Assembly (NCBI GenBank): GCA_963665235.2 | Contig: CAXXLX010000001.1 | Location: forward strand, 2,880,001-2,944,000 | Source: Candidatus Poribacteria bacterium | GTDB lineage: Bacteria > Poribacteria > WGA-4E > WGA-3G | DNA: 64,000 nucleotides | Direction of reading: 5' to 3' | Part shown: one piece after another, positions 50,632 through 61,113 of the stretch | How positions within the stretch are numbered: position 1 is the stretch's first letter | Layout of the letters: each line of letters opens with the position of its first letter | Translations under genes and position numbers: made by a program | Notes under the pieces: model-generated | Database searches by the model: none | Seen by the model: the letters and a program-made list of their open reading frames with translations, nothing else | What the model was told of the DNA's origin: nothing

Positions 50632-53600
50632 ATGAAAAACAACGATGTTGAATTGCTGCAACGTATCCTCGGCGGCGATGAAGCCGCGTTCACCGAATTA
50701 GTGAAAAAATATCAAAAACAGGTTCACACACTCGCCTGGCGGAAAATAGGTGACTTCCACATCGCTGAAGAAATTACGCAGGATGCTTTTCTTAAGGTAT
50801 ATCAGAAGCTTCACACCCTGAAAAATTTGAATCAGTTTTCCGGGTGGCTTTATGTGATTACGACGAACTTATGCGCGACCTGGCTCCGAAAGAAACGGAT
50901 ACAAACAGAGCCATTCGAAGATGTGACGGAACCGTTGGAAGACGAGGCTGTGGAGGCACCGGCCCTACAAACGGATGCTTACTCCGAATATGTGGTTGAA
51001 GAACAGACCAAAATAGCAGGTGAGGCACAACGTGAAGTTGTCAAAAAACTGCTTGCGAAGTTGAAAGAGAGTGAGCGCACGGTCATGATGCTGCATTACT
51101 ACGGCGAAATGACCTGTGAGGAAATCAGCCGGTTTCTGGGTGTGTCTGCCGGAACGATTAAGAGCCGTTTACAACGCGCCCGACAACGTTTGCAAAAGGA
51201 GGAGACGATGATCAGAGCAGCCCTTGAACATTTTCAAATCTCACCGAACCTTACCGATAATATACTGCAAGAAGTAGCACGGCTTAAACCTGCTGCACCT
51301 CCTAGCAAACCGCTTGTGCCGTGGGCAGTTGCTACAGCAAGCACTATTTTGATTGTGCTTATGCTCGGTATGGGCAGCCAATATTTAACGCGTTTCCAAC
51401 AACCTTATAGTTTGGATGCACAGACTGAGATGACGGTGGACATCGTTGATGCACCTGTTCTGCTAAACCTTGTAGCAAAACCGGATACCCGAAATCAATT
51501 GGGGAGTTCAAATGCACTTGGGAAAAGTGATAGCAGTAATCAGAAACCTAATCCGGTTTTATTCGCTGCTGCCCAAGCGGAAGGAGCGGACGTTTCTGTT
51601 TCCAAACAGCAGTGGATTCAGGCTGAACCCCTTACCGGAAGTACGGTGCATAGTTTTCTGACTACCCCCGCGGGAGAATTTTATACGCTTACAAATGAAG
51701 GTATCTACAAATTGCAAACCGATGGAAACACGTGGCAACATATTTTTGACATTTGGACATTAGAGCATTCTGGCTGGGCAAAATCCGTTCTCGCGAAATG
51801 GAATAATACGTTATATTACACACAATCAAGCGATCTTTTCACTTCAACAGATGATGGCAAAACATGGAATTTACTTTACTCATGGGATGGTGATGAATAT
51901 TATTATTCTATTGAATTAATCCTAACGGACCAAGCGTTTTTTATGGTTTTTGAAAACGGGGTATTTCGTTCTGAAGATATAGGTAAAACGTGGCAGGAAA
52001 TTGGTCAAGGACTGACAGGAAGAATTTGGGCGTTAGTTGAGGTACAAAACACGCTTTTTGCTGGAACAGACAACGGATTCTATCGCTTGGACGCGGACAA
52101 TTGGAAACGCTTGAAATTTCCAGTACCCATCGGATATGTAACCTCCATCGCTTCGACCCAGGAGCAGCTCTATGTTTTGGCAGAATTGAGTGGAGACGTG
52201 GCACATCCTCGAGATGTGTCCAAAGGATTGCAGCGCGGTTGGGGAATATTTCGCTCAAGTGACCTCGGCAATTCATGGAAAGATATAACACCGACAAACG
52301 CTTGGACAGTAAAGGGTTTCATCCCCGAAGCGAAACTCATTGCTGCAGGTGAAACACTCTTATTAATGGAGAGAGGTATGGTCCGTTCTACCGATGGCGG
52401 AAACACATGGATGGCCCCACAAATGCCTGAGGCCTCACCGCTTATGCATAGTCAAAATCCTGCTGCGGTGGTGAACAAGGATACTATTTATATCGGTAGT
52501 GACGAGGGGCTACACCGTTCTATCGATGGCGGTGAGTCATGGGATATAATGCACATTCGTCAGAATGAGGAACGGGGTACATTGGACAATCTGATCGCGT
52601 TTAAGGAGACCGATAAAGGGCAAAACACGGTTCCGACTCTCTACGCAATACTTGGAACCTCAATAGTAAAAACAAGCGATAAGGGCAAGTCTTGGAAGGA
52701 CGTTCAAGTAGAAATACCGATGTCTGAACCTCACAGAGAAGACCCTCCGAGCATCAGCCAGATAGTCAAATCTGATGGTGTTATCTATGCAAAAGGTAAT
52801 AGTGAAGATTCTTTTGGCAGACTAAAAACACTTCTTTATCGTGTATCTACAGATAACAATACGTTAGTGCCGGTTCAAGATATGCCTTTTTTTGACTCGG
52901 CCCCATTGAAAGAACAATTGTCTGAAAAATTGGATGAAATAAGGAACGCCCCGTTTGACTTACCAGATAAATCGTTCGTTGAGACGTTGAAAGAAAAATC
53001 GGTTGGGGCAACCCAGTTCTTTGAACAGTTGGCTAAATCTGAGCCGCTACAGATGGACATGTACATGCAATTAGGGTTCCGTAGCGGCACCTTTGCTGTT
53101 AGTGACGGGACATTCTATATGGAATACAACTATAAACTCTTTAGATGGAGACGAGGTTATACAGAATGGTACGACACTGAACAGCCCGACATAATAGCAC
53201 CCAGAAATCTTAAACTCGCAGTTTCGGGGAACGCTGTCTACGTAGGCAAACGGGATGGACACCTCGTCGTATCATTTGATAGGGGAACTAATTGGATTAA
53301 ACTTACGCCCGCACTGCCGTTTTCATTTAGAACTTTCAAGGAGATTGTGTTTGCAGGTTCCACGGTGTATGTAGCAACGGATGCTGGTGTCACTATGTCA
53401 GATAGTGGAAAAAATTGGCGTACCGTCACTGATGCGGAGGGAACTAATCTTATCATGGAACACTTGGCTGTTGATGACGCAACGGTTTATGGCGTTACGG
53501 AGAAGACAGGTGTCTATCGTTTAGAAAACGGCACTTGGAAACAGATTGTCTCGGAGGTACCGGGGGGTGTGACTTCTCTTGCTGTTGATGGAAACACACT

Positions 53601-53655
53601 GTATGTAGGCACAAAAAATAACGGTATGCTTCACTACACGCCTGAAAAATTTTGA
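50632..53655 (+). CDS. ECF sigma factor fused to a TM helix and an extracytoplasmic BNR/Asp-box beta-propeller
   Basis: Sigma2 (AEEITQDAF, FSGWLY), sigma4 (EEISRFLG..GTIKSRL), TM near aa 228-250, repeated S.D.G.TW Asp-boxes. Confidence 0.88.
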   Translation: MKNNDVELLQRILGGDEAAFTELVKKYQKQVHTLAWRKIGDFHIAEEITQDAFLKVYQKLHTLKNLNQFSGWLYVITTNLCATWLRKKRIQTEPFEDVTEPLEDEAVEAPALQTDAYSEYVVEEQTKIAGEAQREVVKKLLAKLKESERTVMMLHYYGEMTCEEISRFLGVSAGTIKSRLQRARQRLQKEETMIRAALEHFQISPNLTDNILQEVARLKPAAPPSKPLVPWAVATASTILIVLMLGMGSQYLTRFQQPYSLDAQTEMTVDIVDAPVLLNLVAKPDTRNQLGSSNALGKSDSSNQKPNPVLFAAAQAEGADVSVSKQQWIQAEPLTGSTVHSFLTTPAGEFYTLTNEGIYKLQTDGNTWQHIFDIWTLEHSGWAKSVLAKWNNTLYYTQSSDLFTSTDDGKTWNLLYSWDGDEYYYSIELILTDQAFFMVFENGVFRSEDIGKTWQEIGQGLTGRIWALVEVQNTLFAGTDNGFYRLDADNWKRLKFPVPIGYVTSIASTQEQLYVLAELSGDVAHPRDVSKGLQRGWGIFRSSDLGNSWKDITPTNAWTVKGFIPEAKLIAAGETLLLMERGMVRSTDGGNTWMAPQMPEASPLMHSQNPAAVVNKDTIYIGSDEGLHRSIDGGESWDIMHIRQNEERGTLDNLIAFKETDKGQNTVPTLYAILGTSIVKTSDKGKSWKDVQVEIPMSEPHREDPPSISQIVKSDGVIYAKGNSEDSFGRLKTLLYRVSTDNNTLVPVQDMPFFDSAPLKEQLSEKLDEIRNAPFDLPDKSFVETLKEKSVGATQFFEQLAKSEPLQMDMYMQLGFRSGTFAVSDGTFYMEYNYKLFRWRRGYTEWYDTEQPDIIAPRNLKLAVSGNAVYVGKRDGHLVVSFDRGTNWIKLTPALPFSFRTFKEIVFAGSTVYVATDAGVTMSDSGKNWRTVTDAEGTNLIMEHLAVDDATVYGVTEKTGVYRLENGTWKQIVSEVPGGVTSLAVDGNTLYVGTKNNGMLHYTPEKF

Positions 53656-53693
53656 ATTAGGAGGCTTCCGCTTATATTCGCTAATTCCCGCTG

Positions 53694-56016
53694 CTATTTG
53701 CGCAACAAAATCTGTGTGTTGTTAATATCAATAGCGAGTGCGTAGTGCTCATCCAAGTATTCGGCAATAAGCGCGTGCCGTTCCTCGACAGGAATGCCAT
53801 CAACTCTATCGAACCACCCCCCTGTTTTGAAGATAACCAGACGCGTTTGGTCACGTTCGAGTGCCTCGATAACCTCGCGCTGCATGCCGGGCGTTGACGC
53901 ATACGAGACCATGTGAAATCGGGTGACACTCGGTCGATTGGCGAAGAAATAATAGGCACCCTGGCTTGTGAAATCGAAAATATTTTCACCTGGGGCGGTG
54001 TTTTCCTGAATGTAAGCCACAACCTTCTGAATCTGTTCCACCTGTCCATCGGGAATGTCGACGCTGCCGGCGCGTGCCAACTCCTCCGTTACGACGCTGC
54101 GTTTAAACGGGTTTTGAAGCAACCGTTCCACTCTGTTATTGAAAACTTTCAGCGGTTGATGGACTTGACTAACGTACCAGATGCACATAATGGTCGGAAT
54201 GAGTATCCATGCCGTTTTCAGGGTGTGATGCCAGCGATGCTCGCTCTGTTAAGGAGGAGAAAGCACGAATCCCTTTTCCCTTTATGCCATCAAAAAGAGT
54301 GTTGAACATGCCAGCGATACCTCTATCTAAAGGGAACAGACAGAGAAGCCATAGAAAGGTGGAACCGTAATGCAAATGTCCGCCATCCGACCTGCCGAGG
54401 GCGGTCCGGAAAAATGCGATGCCGCCGAGTAGCAGGAGCAGCACTTTCTGCGCCTCATCTGGCGAAATGGGGCTCCTACATAACCGTCTGTATGTGAGAT
54501 ACGCTGCGGTGAACACGAAGACACAAATCGGAAAATACCAGCGAAAACCGTGGCTCAGCAGAAACGTCCGCCATCCATCCGCTAACAAAATTCCAACCGT
54601 ATTAGATAGGGAGGGGAAGGCGAGTCCCCATGTAGCGAGCTGGTATTTACACTGAATGTACGAATTCCAGATAGCATCGTCTAGTGCCCCGTGTGACAAG
54701 AAATAGGTAGCCACAGGAAGAAACCCTAATAGCAGTCCAAGACAGTAAGCCGCTAATGGTAGAGGTCGTAGGTGTAGTTCAATCCGCCGGCGTAGACTAT
54801 AAATCAGCAGAAAAAGTCCGATAGCTCCGAGCGTATACAACCCAACTTCAGTGCTGTACCAGAACGCTAGGCAGGTAAAGATGCCTGCCAAAATAAGCTT
54901 CCATCCGAACCGAAAGAGATGCAATATCCAGGGCAGTTTATCAAACAGATTGCGATTCGAACTCACGAAGAGGCCGTTCTCATGATGGGACTTTAGGTAA
55001 TTGGCAACACAGACGAAGCTGAGTAAGCCGAGGCTGTGTCTTGCAGATACAGAGAAGTTGGTGCCGGAGACGATAAGGAAACATAGGAAGGCGGTAAAGA
55101 ATCGTCCCCGAAATACTTGCAAACCGAGCAGATAGAAGGCGATGTAACCGAGCGGTCCCAAGATACGCTCCATAGCGCGCACCCCCATCAATGTAGGTTC
55201 AAATATTTTACTCCCGACCCATGCCAGATACGCATTCTGAAAAAGTCCGTGTTGCACATAGACATCACGGAATACAATCCCCCCATGGAGCATTTCATTC
55301 AGCGGAGCTAACCGTTCACCTTCATGGAACATATCGATGCCCCCGTTGATATTGCCGTTGTACATGAGCAGGTAGATGAAAATCGGTATGAGAAGGTATT
55401 CACACCCGCGTCGGAACAGTCGTAAACCGTTTGACTGTGTGTCGGTTTTCGCGGTTTGAAAGGGGAGAGGGTCTGATGAAACAAAATCCGGTATCCTTTC
55501 CATCGGTCGAAATTTGAGGCTAAAGAGGACCAATTTAAAGAGGAGCACTAACCCGATTGGGAGCGTTAGTCCGACGAAACTCGCCTGTTCGATGTTATAG
55601 AGCTGGAGCCAACTTAGCCATAACGGCACGGAAGCGAACGCGTTCGCTTTCAGCACCCGGTGTATCGGTTGATTTGTTGCCTTGGCAGCCCATTGTGAAT
55701 ACGCAAGCCATCCGAACCAATAGAGAAAAATCGTGATGGGGATTCCGAGGAGCGCGAGTAGGTAGTAGAAAAATTCTTGCTGTTTCGGATATTGATTAGC
55801 ACTTAGCCACCCGACTACGCCTGAATTGTCATGGAATTCAAATACTAGCGTGTTCCGAAGGGCTATGCCCAATCCGATTGCAAGAGAAAACGCTGAGAAC
55901 GCAATGATGCGTACGTAAGGACGGAGGTGAACACTGTAGCTTACGTGGAAGTCTGGTATGAAACGTTGGAGGAAAGGTCGCAAGCGGGAGCTCAGTTCTA
56001 CGAAACGGCGCATCAA
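53694..56016 (-). pseudogene. Polytopic membrane protein (possibly GT-C-like), split by one frameshift between ~54169 and ~54249
   Basis: ORFs 54169-56016 and 53694-54188 overlap in different frames; the downstream frame is open upstream as WHHTLKTAWILIPTIM; the frameshift may be a sequencing error. Confidence 0.55.
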
Positions 56017-56025
56017 TTTTCCTTA

Positions 56026-56604
56026 TACCATTTCTAATTGAAAATGTCTCTTTGTTGTAGCATAAACTTCCAGTTTGTGCTCTTTGTTGTAGCATAAACT
56101 TCCAGTTTGTGCTCTTTGTTGTAGCATAAACTTCCAGTTTGTGCTCTTTGTTGTAGCATAAACTTCCAGTTTGTGTGCTTTGTTGTAGCATAAACTTCCA
56201 GTTTGTGCTCTTTGTTGTAGCATAAACTTCCAGTTTGTGTGCTTTGTTGTAGCATAAACTTCCAGTTTGTGTGCTTTGTTGTAGCATAAACTTCCAGTTT
56301 GTGTGCTTTAGTAGCATAAACTTCCAGTTTGTGCTCTTTGTGTAGCATAAACTTCCAGTTTGTGTGCTTTGTTGTAGCATAAACTTCCAGTTTGTGTAGC
56401 TTTATTGTAGCATAAACTTCCAGTTTTGCTTTCTTGTGCTTTCCAGTTTGTGCTTTCTTGTAGCATAAACTTCCAGTTTGTGCTTTATTGTAGCATAAAC
56501 TTCCAGTTTGTGCTTTCTTGTAGCATAAACTTTTAGTTTGGGTCTTCCGTTCTCCGTTTCATTTCTAACAACCGGTAATGATAGAATAATTAATAAAAAT
56601 GGTA
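56026..56604. mobile_element. MITE family B (579 bp) with ~15 internal REP units
   Basis: TTA|TACCATTT...AAATGGTA|TTA; unit GTAGCATAAACTTCCAGTTTGTGC with a 30-33 bp period. Confidence 0.85.
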
Positions 56605-56641
56605 TTACAAGATATTCAGCGGAGAATGGGAGATTAGGTTT

Positions 56642-57355
56642 TTACTGGACAACATCGCCTTCGACAGGTTCAACTTGCACGTTAATGGCTTTTAGATAAT
56701 CGATAGCGCGTGCAATTTCATCTGAAACTCCTATTATCTCCAACATCACCCATCCTGCTTCCTCGGTCACATTTGCGCGGCGAATATTGGTAACCACATC
56801 GTAATTTTGCCCGATGTTGTAAATGATAGGTTCGGTAATTTTCTCAGTTGGGAAAGTTAAACGGACCTTTAGAGAGGTCATCTGATTAGCTCCTGATACA
56901 GTAGATTGACATGGAATTTCGATAAAATCTGCGGTGTCTTCATTCCATTTGAAAGCCTTGACAATGCGGATTGTATCTTCGTAGATAGAGATAACTATGT
57001 ACGCTGCGTCAGGGTACATCGGTTCACCCCATGCCATTGCATCTGTCTTATCCTTTTCGGAGAAGTAGGCTTCATGGTTTGGGTGTGAGTGGTAAAAGGC
57101 TTTAATTGCCCGGTGTTGTGTTTCCGCCTCTTTATGAACAGCGATTAAGTCATCGGGGTGCATCATGTATGCAGTGCGTGCGTCGCGCGGATATGCATCG
57201 GGGTCGTCTCTATGCAGGTCGTTTTGGATATTTCTGCACGGTCTGACAAACTCCTGTGTATCGGCGTGCAAAATTACGCCACAGCACTCATCCGGAAATT
57301 CTATTTTGGCATGTTCACAAATATCGTTGAGGGTTTTCGGTAGCAGCGTTACCAT
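56642..57355 (-). CDS. mec: JAB/MPN (Mec-like) metallopeptidase fused to a NIL domain
   Basis: PDECCG, YHSHP..AYFSEKD (JAMM motif); C-terminal EPIIY..VVTNIRRANV (NIL). Confidence 0.8.
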   Translation of the reverse strand: MVTLLPKTLNDICEHAKIEFPDECCGVILHADTQEFVRPCRNIQNDLHRDDPDAYPRDARTAYMMHPDDLIAVHKEAETQHRAIKAFYHSHPNHEAYFSEKDKTDAMAWGEPMYPDAAYIVISIYEDTIRIVKAFKWNEDTADFIEIPCQSTVSGANQMTSLKVRLTFPTEKITEPIIYNIGQNYDVVTNIRRANVTEEAGWVMLEIIGVSDEIARAIDYLKAINVQVEPVEGDVVQ

Positions 57356-57404
57356 ATCAATTGGTGTAGGGCGGGTTTGAAACCCGCCTTTGTGGTTAAG
57401 GTTT

Positions 57405-57680
57405 TTATCCGCCAGCAATGGCGGGGATTATGGAAATTTCAGCACCATCCTCGACGGTAGTCGCTTTTCCATCAAGAAAACGGATGTCCTCGTCATTCAG
57501 ATAGACGTTGACGAACCGGCGGATATTTCCATCTTCATCACAGAGACGTTCTTTCATCCCTGGGTAGCTTGTTTCCAGGTTTTCAATGATAGTTTCGATA
57601 TCGGGACCTTCTGTTTCCACCTCTGCGAGATTTTCTGTTAAACGTCTCAGCGGGGTTGGAATACGAACTGTTACAGCCAT
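57405..57680 (-). CDS. Ubiquitin-like sulfur carrier (CysO/MoaD/ThiS family)
   Basis: VRIPTPLR, RFVNVYLNDEDIRFL, C-terminal IPAIAGG. Confidence 0.9.
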   Translation of the reverse strand: MAVTVRIPTPLRRLTENLAEVETEGPDIETIIENLETSYPGMKERLCDEDGNIRRFVNVYLNDEDIRFLDGKATTVEDGAEISIIPAIAGG

Positions 57681-57747
57681 ATTATTTCCTCCTAAAATAA
57701 TTTGTAGGTTGGGTTTACTGCCCACGGTGTGGGTTTCCGATTACCTT

Positions 57748-58521
57748 TTATATGGAATAGTGTAGTCCACACTCTTTGTTATTTTCTTCGTTATCTAGTG
57801 CGTTTTGCCATCGCCATCGGCCTGCGCGTTTAGGTTCACCTGGGCGAATCGGTGTTGTGCATGTCATACACCCAAGTGATTCATAATAGTGCCCATTAGC
57901 GTCAGGTTGGAACAACGGATTCACCGGAATATCGTTTTCACGGACAAATTGCCACACCTCTTCGGTTGTCCACTGAAGTAATGGGCTCACCTTAAGGATA
58001 GGGTGCGTTGTTGATGAAATGATTTCAGCCTTCGGAAAATTCTGTCGGCTTGCAGATTGGTCCCGTCGCAATCCGGTAATCCAGACATCAAGCGTCTTCA
58101 GGAGCTGTTCCATGGGTTTGACTTTCCGAATGTTACAGCAGTGCATCTGTTTCGCTTTGCTGTCAAAAAAGAGATATTCTCCGTGTTGTGTGACCATTTT
58201 CTGAACTTCATCGGGCTGCGGTTGGATACGTTCAATTTGGATACCGTACCGTGCTTCAACCTTCTCAAAAAAGGCGTATGTTTCTGGAAAAAGACGTAAC
58301 GTGTCAATCGTACAAACCCGAAACGGTAGCTTGTTTTCAGCTGCGAGATGTATCTGTACCATGCCTGACAGTTGCCCGCTTGTAACAATAGCAGCACGTT
58401 CCTCGAACTGCTTAAAAAGATAGAATAGGATTTCCTGGGGGCTATCTGTTAAGCAAATTTGCTGTTTCAATGTTGTGAGATTTTGTTTTATCGTTGGTGC
58501 GCTTTTATATTGAAATGTCAT
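57748..58521 (-). CDS. cysH: APS reductase ([4Fe-4S]-type CysH)
   Basis: DT..LFPETY, CC..RKV, GLRRDQS, SLGCMTCT, RAGRW, ECGLH. Confidence 0.9.
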   Translation of the reverse strand: MTFQYKSAPTIKQNLTTLKQQICLTDSPQEILFYLFKQFEERAAIVTSGQLSGMVQIHLAAENKLPFRVCTIDTLRLFPETYAFFEKVEARYGIQIERIQPQPDEVQKMVTQHGEYLFFDSKAKQMHCCNIRKVKPMEQLLKTLDVWITGLRRDQSASRQNFPKAEIISSTTHPILKVSPLLQWTTEEVWQFVRENDIPVNPLFQPDANGHYYESLGCMTCTTPIRPGEPKRAGRWRWQNALDNEENNKECGLHYSI

Positions 58522-58536
58522 TCATAGACCCCCCTT

Positions 58537-59487
58537 TTAGTTGAACGTTTCCATAATATCGGATTCTATCTCAAAATAGCGGCTCAGACTAAAGTAACGT
58601 TCACCTGTATCCGGTAGAATTGTAACGACAGTTTTATCGGGGCCCTGTGCCTTAGCAACTTTCAACGCTGCGTAGACATTCGCACCGGAGGACATCCCGA
58701 CTAATAACCCTTCTGCTGTTGAAATATTTTTCATCGTTTCGTACGCTGCCCTTTCAGGGACCGTAATGACCTCATCGATGATATTGACATTCAGCACTTC
58801 GGGTACCATGCCAGCCCCAATTCCGTCAATTCGTGTGGGGCCGGGCTTACCGCCTGAAAGCACAGCTGAAACGAGCGGTTCCACAGCGATAACCTTCGTT
58901 TTTGGATTTTGTGATTTGAGGACTTCGCCAATGCCTGTCAATGTTCCGCCTGTGCCAACGCCTGTGACAAAAAAATCGATTTGACTGCCGACCGTTTCCA
59001 GGATTTCAACAGCGGTTGTCTGCCGGTGAATCTCTGGATTGGCGGGGTTTGTGAATTGATTCGGCATAAAGTGTCTCGGATTGCGTCGAAGGATTTCCTC
59101 TGCCTCCCAAATTGCACTTGCCATGCCACCGAGTTCCGGTGTGAGTACAATGTTTGCCCCGAATGCGGAGAGGAGTGCGTATTTCTCGCTGCTCACATTC
59201 TCCGGCATTGTCAACGTAACGGAGTAACCGCGTGCCACGCCAACAATTGAGAGCCCGATACCTGTATTTCCTGCTGTCGGTTCGATGATAGTGTCGCCTT
59301 TTCGGAGCAGTCCGCGTTCCTCTGCGTCAAGTATCATTGCGTAACTAATTCGGTCTTTGATGCTTCCACCGGGGTTATAGGATTCCACCTTTGCAAAGAT
59401 AGTAGCGTCCTCCGCTTTCGGCAAGGCGTTCAAGCGAACCATGGGCGTATTTCCGATGAGTTTTGTCACGTTTTTGGCAATTTTCAT
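58537..59487 (-). CDS. cysK: Cysteine synthase (PLP)
   Basis: IGNTP, NPGGSIKDR, EPTAGNTG, GTGGT, DTGERY. Confidence 0.9.
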   Translation of the reverse strand: MKIAKNVTKLIGNTPMVRLNALPKAEDATIFAKVESYNPGGSIKDRISYAMILDAEERGLLRKGDTIIEPTAGNTGIGLSIVGVARGYSVTLTMPENVSSEKYALLSAFGANIVLTPELGGMASAIWEAEEILRRNPRHFMPNQFTNPANPEIHRQTTAVEILETVGSQIDFFVTGVGTGGTLTGIGEVLKSQNPKTKVIAVEPLVSAVLSGGKPGPTRIDGIGAGMVPEVLNVNIIDEVITVPERAAYETMKNISTAEGLLVGMSSGANVYAALKVAKAQGPDKTVVTILPDTGERYFSLSRYFEIESDIMETFN

Positions 59488-59699
59488 TTGACCTACTCCC
59501 CCAGCTAAAGCTCGGTGGATTCTTTTGAAAGTGAATCCCGTGCTTTCTGGTGGGGATTGTGCGGTATAGGTTTTAGTTGAAGTCTGCAAGGGTTGCTCGC
59601 AATACCAATTTAGCTCACTTTAAGTATAACGGATCTGACTTAAAAAGTCAAATTTATTATTGAATAATCGAATAAGGGTGTGAAGTCTGTCCATCTTCA

Positions 59700-61013
59700 T
59701 CACTTTTCCAAATCAACGATTACGGTAACGCGTTTTTCCGGCGCGAATATGCTTGTAGTCAAAGATTGGATGTCTGAATCGGTCACACGTTCGATGGCAG
59801 CGCGTAGTGCTTTACCCTCAATTTGTAGTTGATACCGCCGCCCAATGCTAAAGGCTAAACCGTACAGATTTTGACTCCACATCGCATCTGCTATATCGAC
59901 TGTACCCAGCATTGCCAACATGTTAATAGCTCGGAGTTTGTCCATCGGTGTGAGTTCCGAGGATAGCGCGGTTTTGAGGAGGTGTTCGAGTTCTTTCAGC
60001 ACAACGTCAACATCTTCTTCAGGCATTAATTCCGACTGGAGGACAAGGGTTGTCGTATCATCGAGCGGTGGGTAGAAAATCGGTTGGATTTTACCTGCCC
60101 CAAATTTCGCTTGTAGCATTCCCAGCAAACGCGCATATACGATAAGAAATGGGGCATATTCTTTGCTTCCCGGCGGTGGAGCAGCATATCCGATAGCGGC
60201 AACGCCAGTCGCATTTGGCACCATAGGTTGGACACTGACACGGTGAACAGTGCCAGTTTTTGCTTGCGGTTTAGGATGCGGTTTCGGGGGGAGTTTACCG
60301 GGCGGAATGTGACCGAAGTTTTGGTCAATGGACTTCAAGGTATCGTCAACGTCAAATTTACCGGCTACAACAAGCAGAGCGTTGTTCGGTTTATAATAAT
60401 CTGTCCAAAATTGCTGTAATTCATCAAGTGTGATTGTTTGGATGTGTGCAATGGCTCCACCGCGTTGTCCCCCTTGCGGAATAGGATGCAGCTGGGCGCG
60501 TGCATGGTTCAAGCCTGCTAATGAGGGTATGCCCCCGTACATGTTTGTTAATTCGTGTCTCACGCGAGGCACTTCACGTTCCACATCTGCTTCGGTGATG
60601 CGGAGAGCGTTCATGCGTGCTGCTATATCCTTGAGTTCTTCGGAAAATAGAGCTGGCTCAACAATCCCCGCGATGACAGTATAATCTAGTCCTGTTTGTG
60701 CGTTTAGTCCCGCTGGATAGCGTTTCATGAACTGCATTGCATTGCGTGCGGGTGTGTCGCCAGCAGCAGCGGTGCAATATAGGTGTTCAATGAGATGCGC
60801 CATACCGGATTTACCTATCGGGTCGTGTGCCTCGCCGATATTGTAAAGCACGACACAAGCAACCTTGTTTGCCGTTGGCACGGGACGCAAAATAACGGTG
60901 AGGCCATTATCCAGTTTGAACGGTTCAGGCGTTTCCGCTGATAGGGTCGCAGCTACAAATAGAATACCTATAATTAGCGGTGTCAAAACAAGCAGTTTAA
61001 TTCTATTGGTCAT
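59700..61013 (-). CDS. M16-family zinc peptidase, secreted
   Basis: Signal peptide, LDNGL, HLIEH, YYKPNNA. Confidence 0.85.
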   Translation of the reverse strand: MTNRIKLLVLTPLIIGILFVAATLSAETPEPFKLDNGLTVILRPVPTANKVACVVLYNIGEAHDPIGKSGMAHLIEHLYCTAAAGDTPARNAMQFMKRYPAGLNAQTGLDYTVIAGIVEPALFSEELKDIAARMNALRITEADVEREVPRVRHELTNMYGGIPSLAGLNHARAQLHPIPQGGQRGGAIAHIQTITLDELQQFWTDYYKPNNALLVVAGKFDVDDTLKSIDQNFGHIPPGKLPPKPHPKPQAKTGTVHRVSVQPMVPNATGVAAIGYAAPPPGSKEYAPFLIVYARLLGMLQAKFGAGKIQPIFYPPLDDTTTLVLQSELMPEEDVDVVLKELEHLLKTALSSELTPMDKLRAINMLAMLGTVDIADAMWSQNLYGLAFSIGRRYQLQIEGKALRAAIERVTDSDIQSLTTSIFAPEKRVTVIVDLEK

Positions 61014-61113
61014 CCTTGGATATCTCCAAAATACAATTCAGGATAGACACATTCCCTCCGCTTTAGGAGCGGGGGAAAGCATCTGTCCTGTACAATTTTA
61101 GGTCGGGTAGCCT

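Noticed and set aside
54169-54249. Phase variation of the membrane protein gene
   Set aside because: No simple repeat lies in the interval where the shift must occur; more likely a mutation or sequencing indel
55838-56380. Repetitive ORFs (TNWKFMLQQ / HKLEVYATTK)
   Set aside because: They are translations of the 32-bp REP array in several frames, inside a MITE
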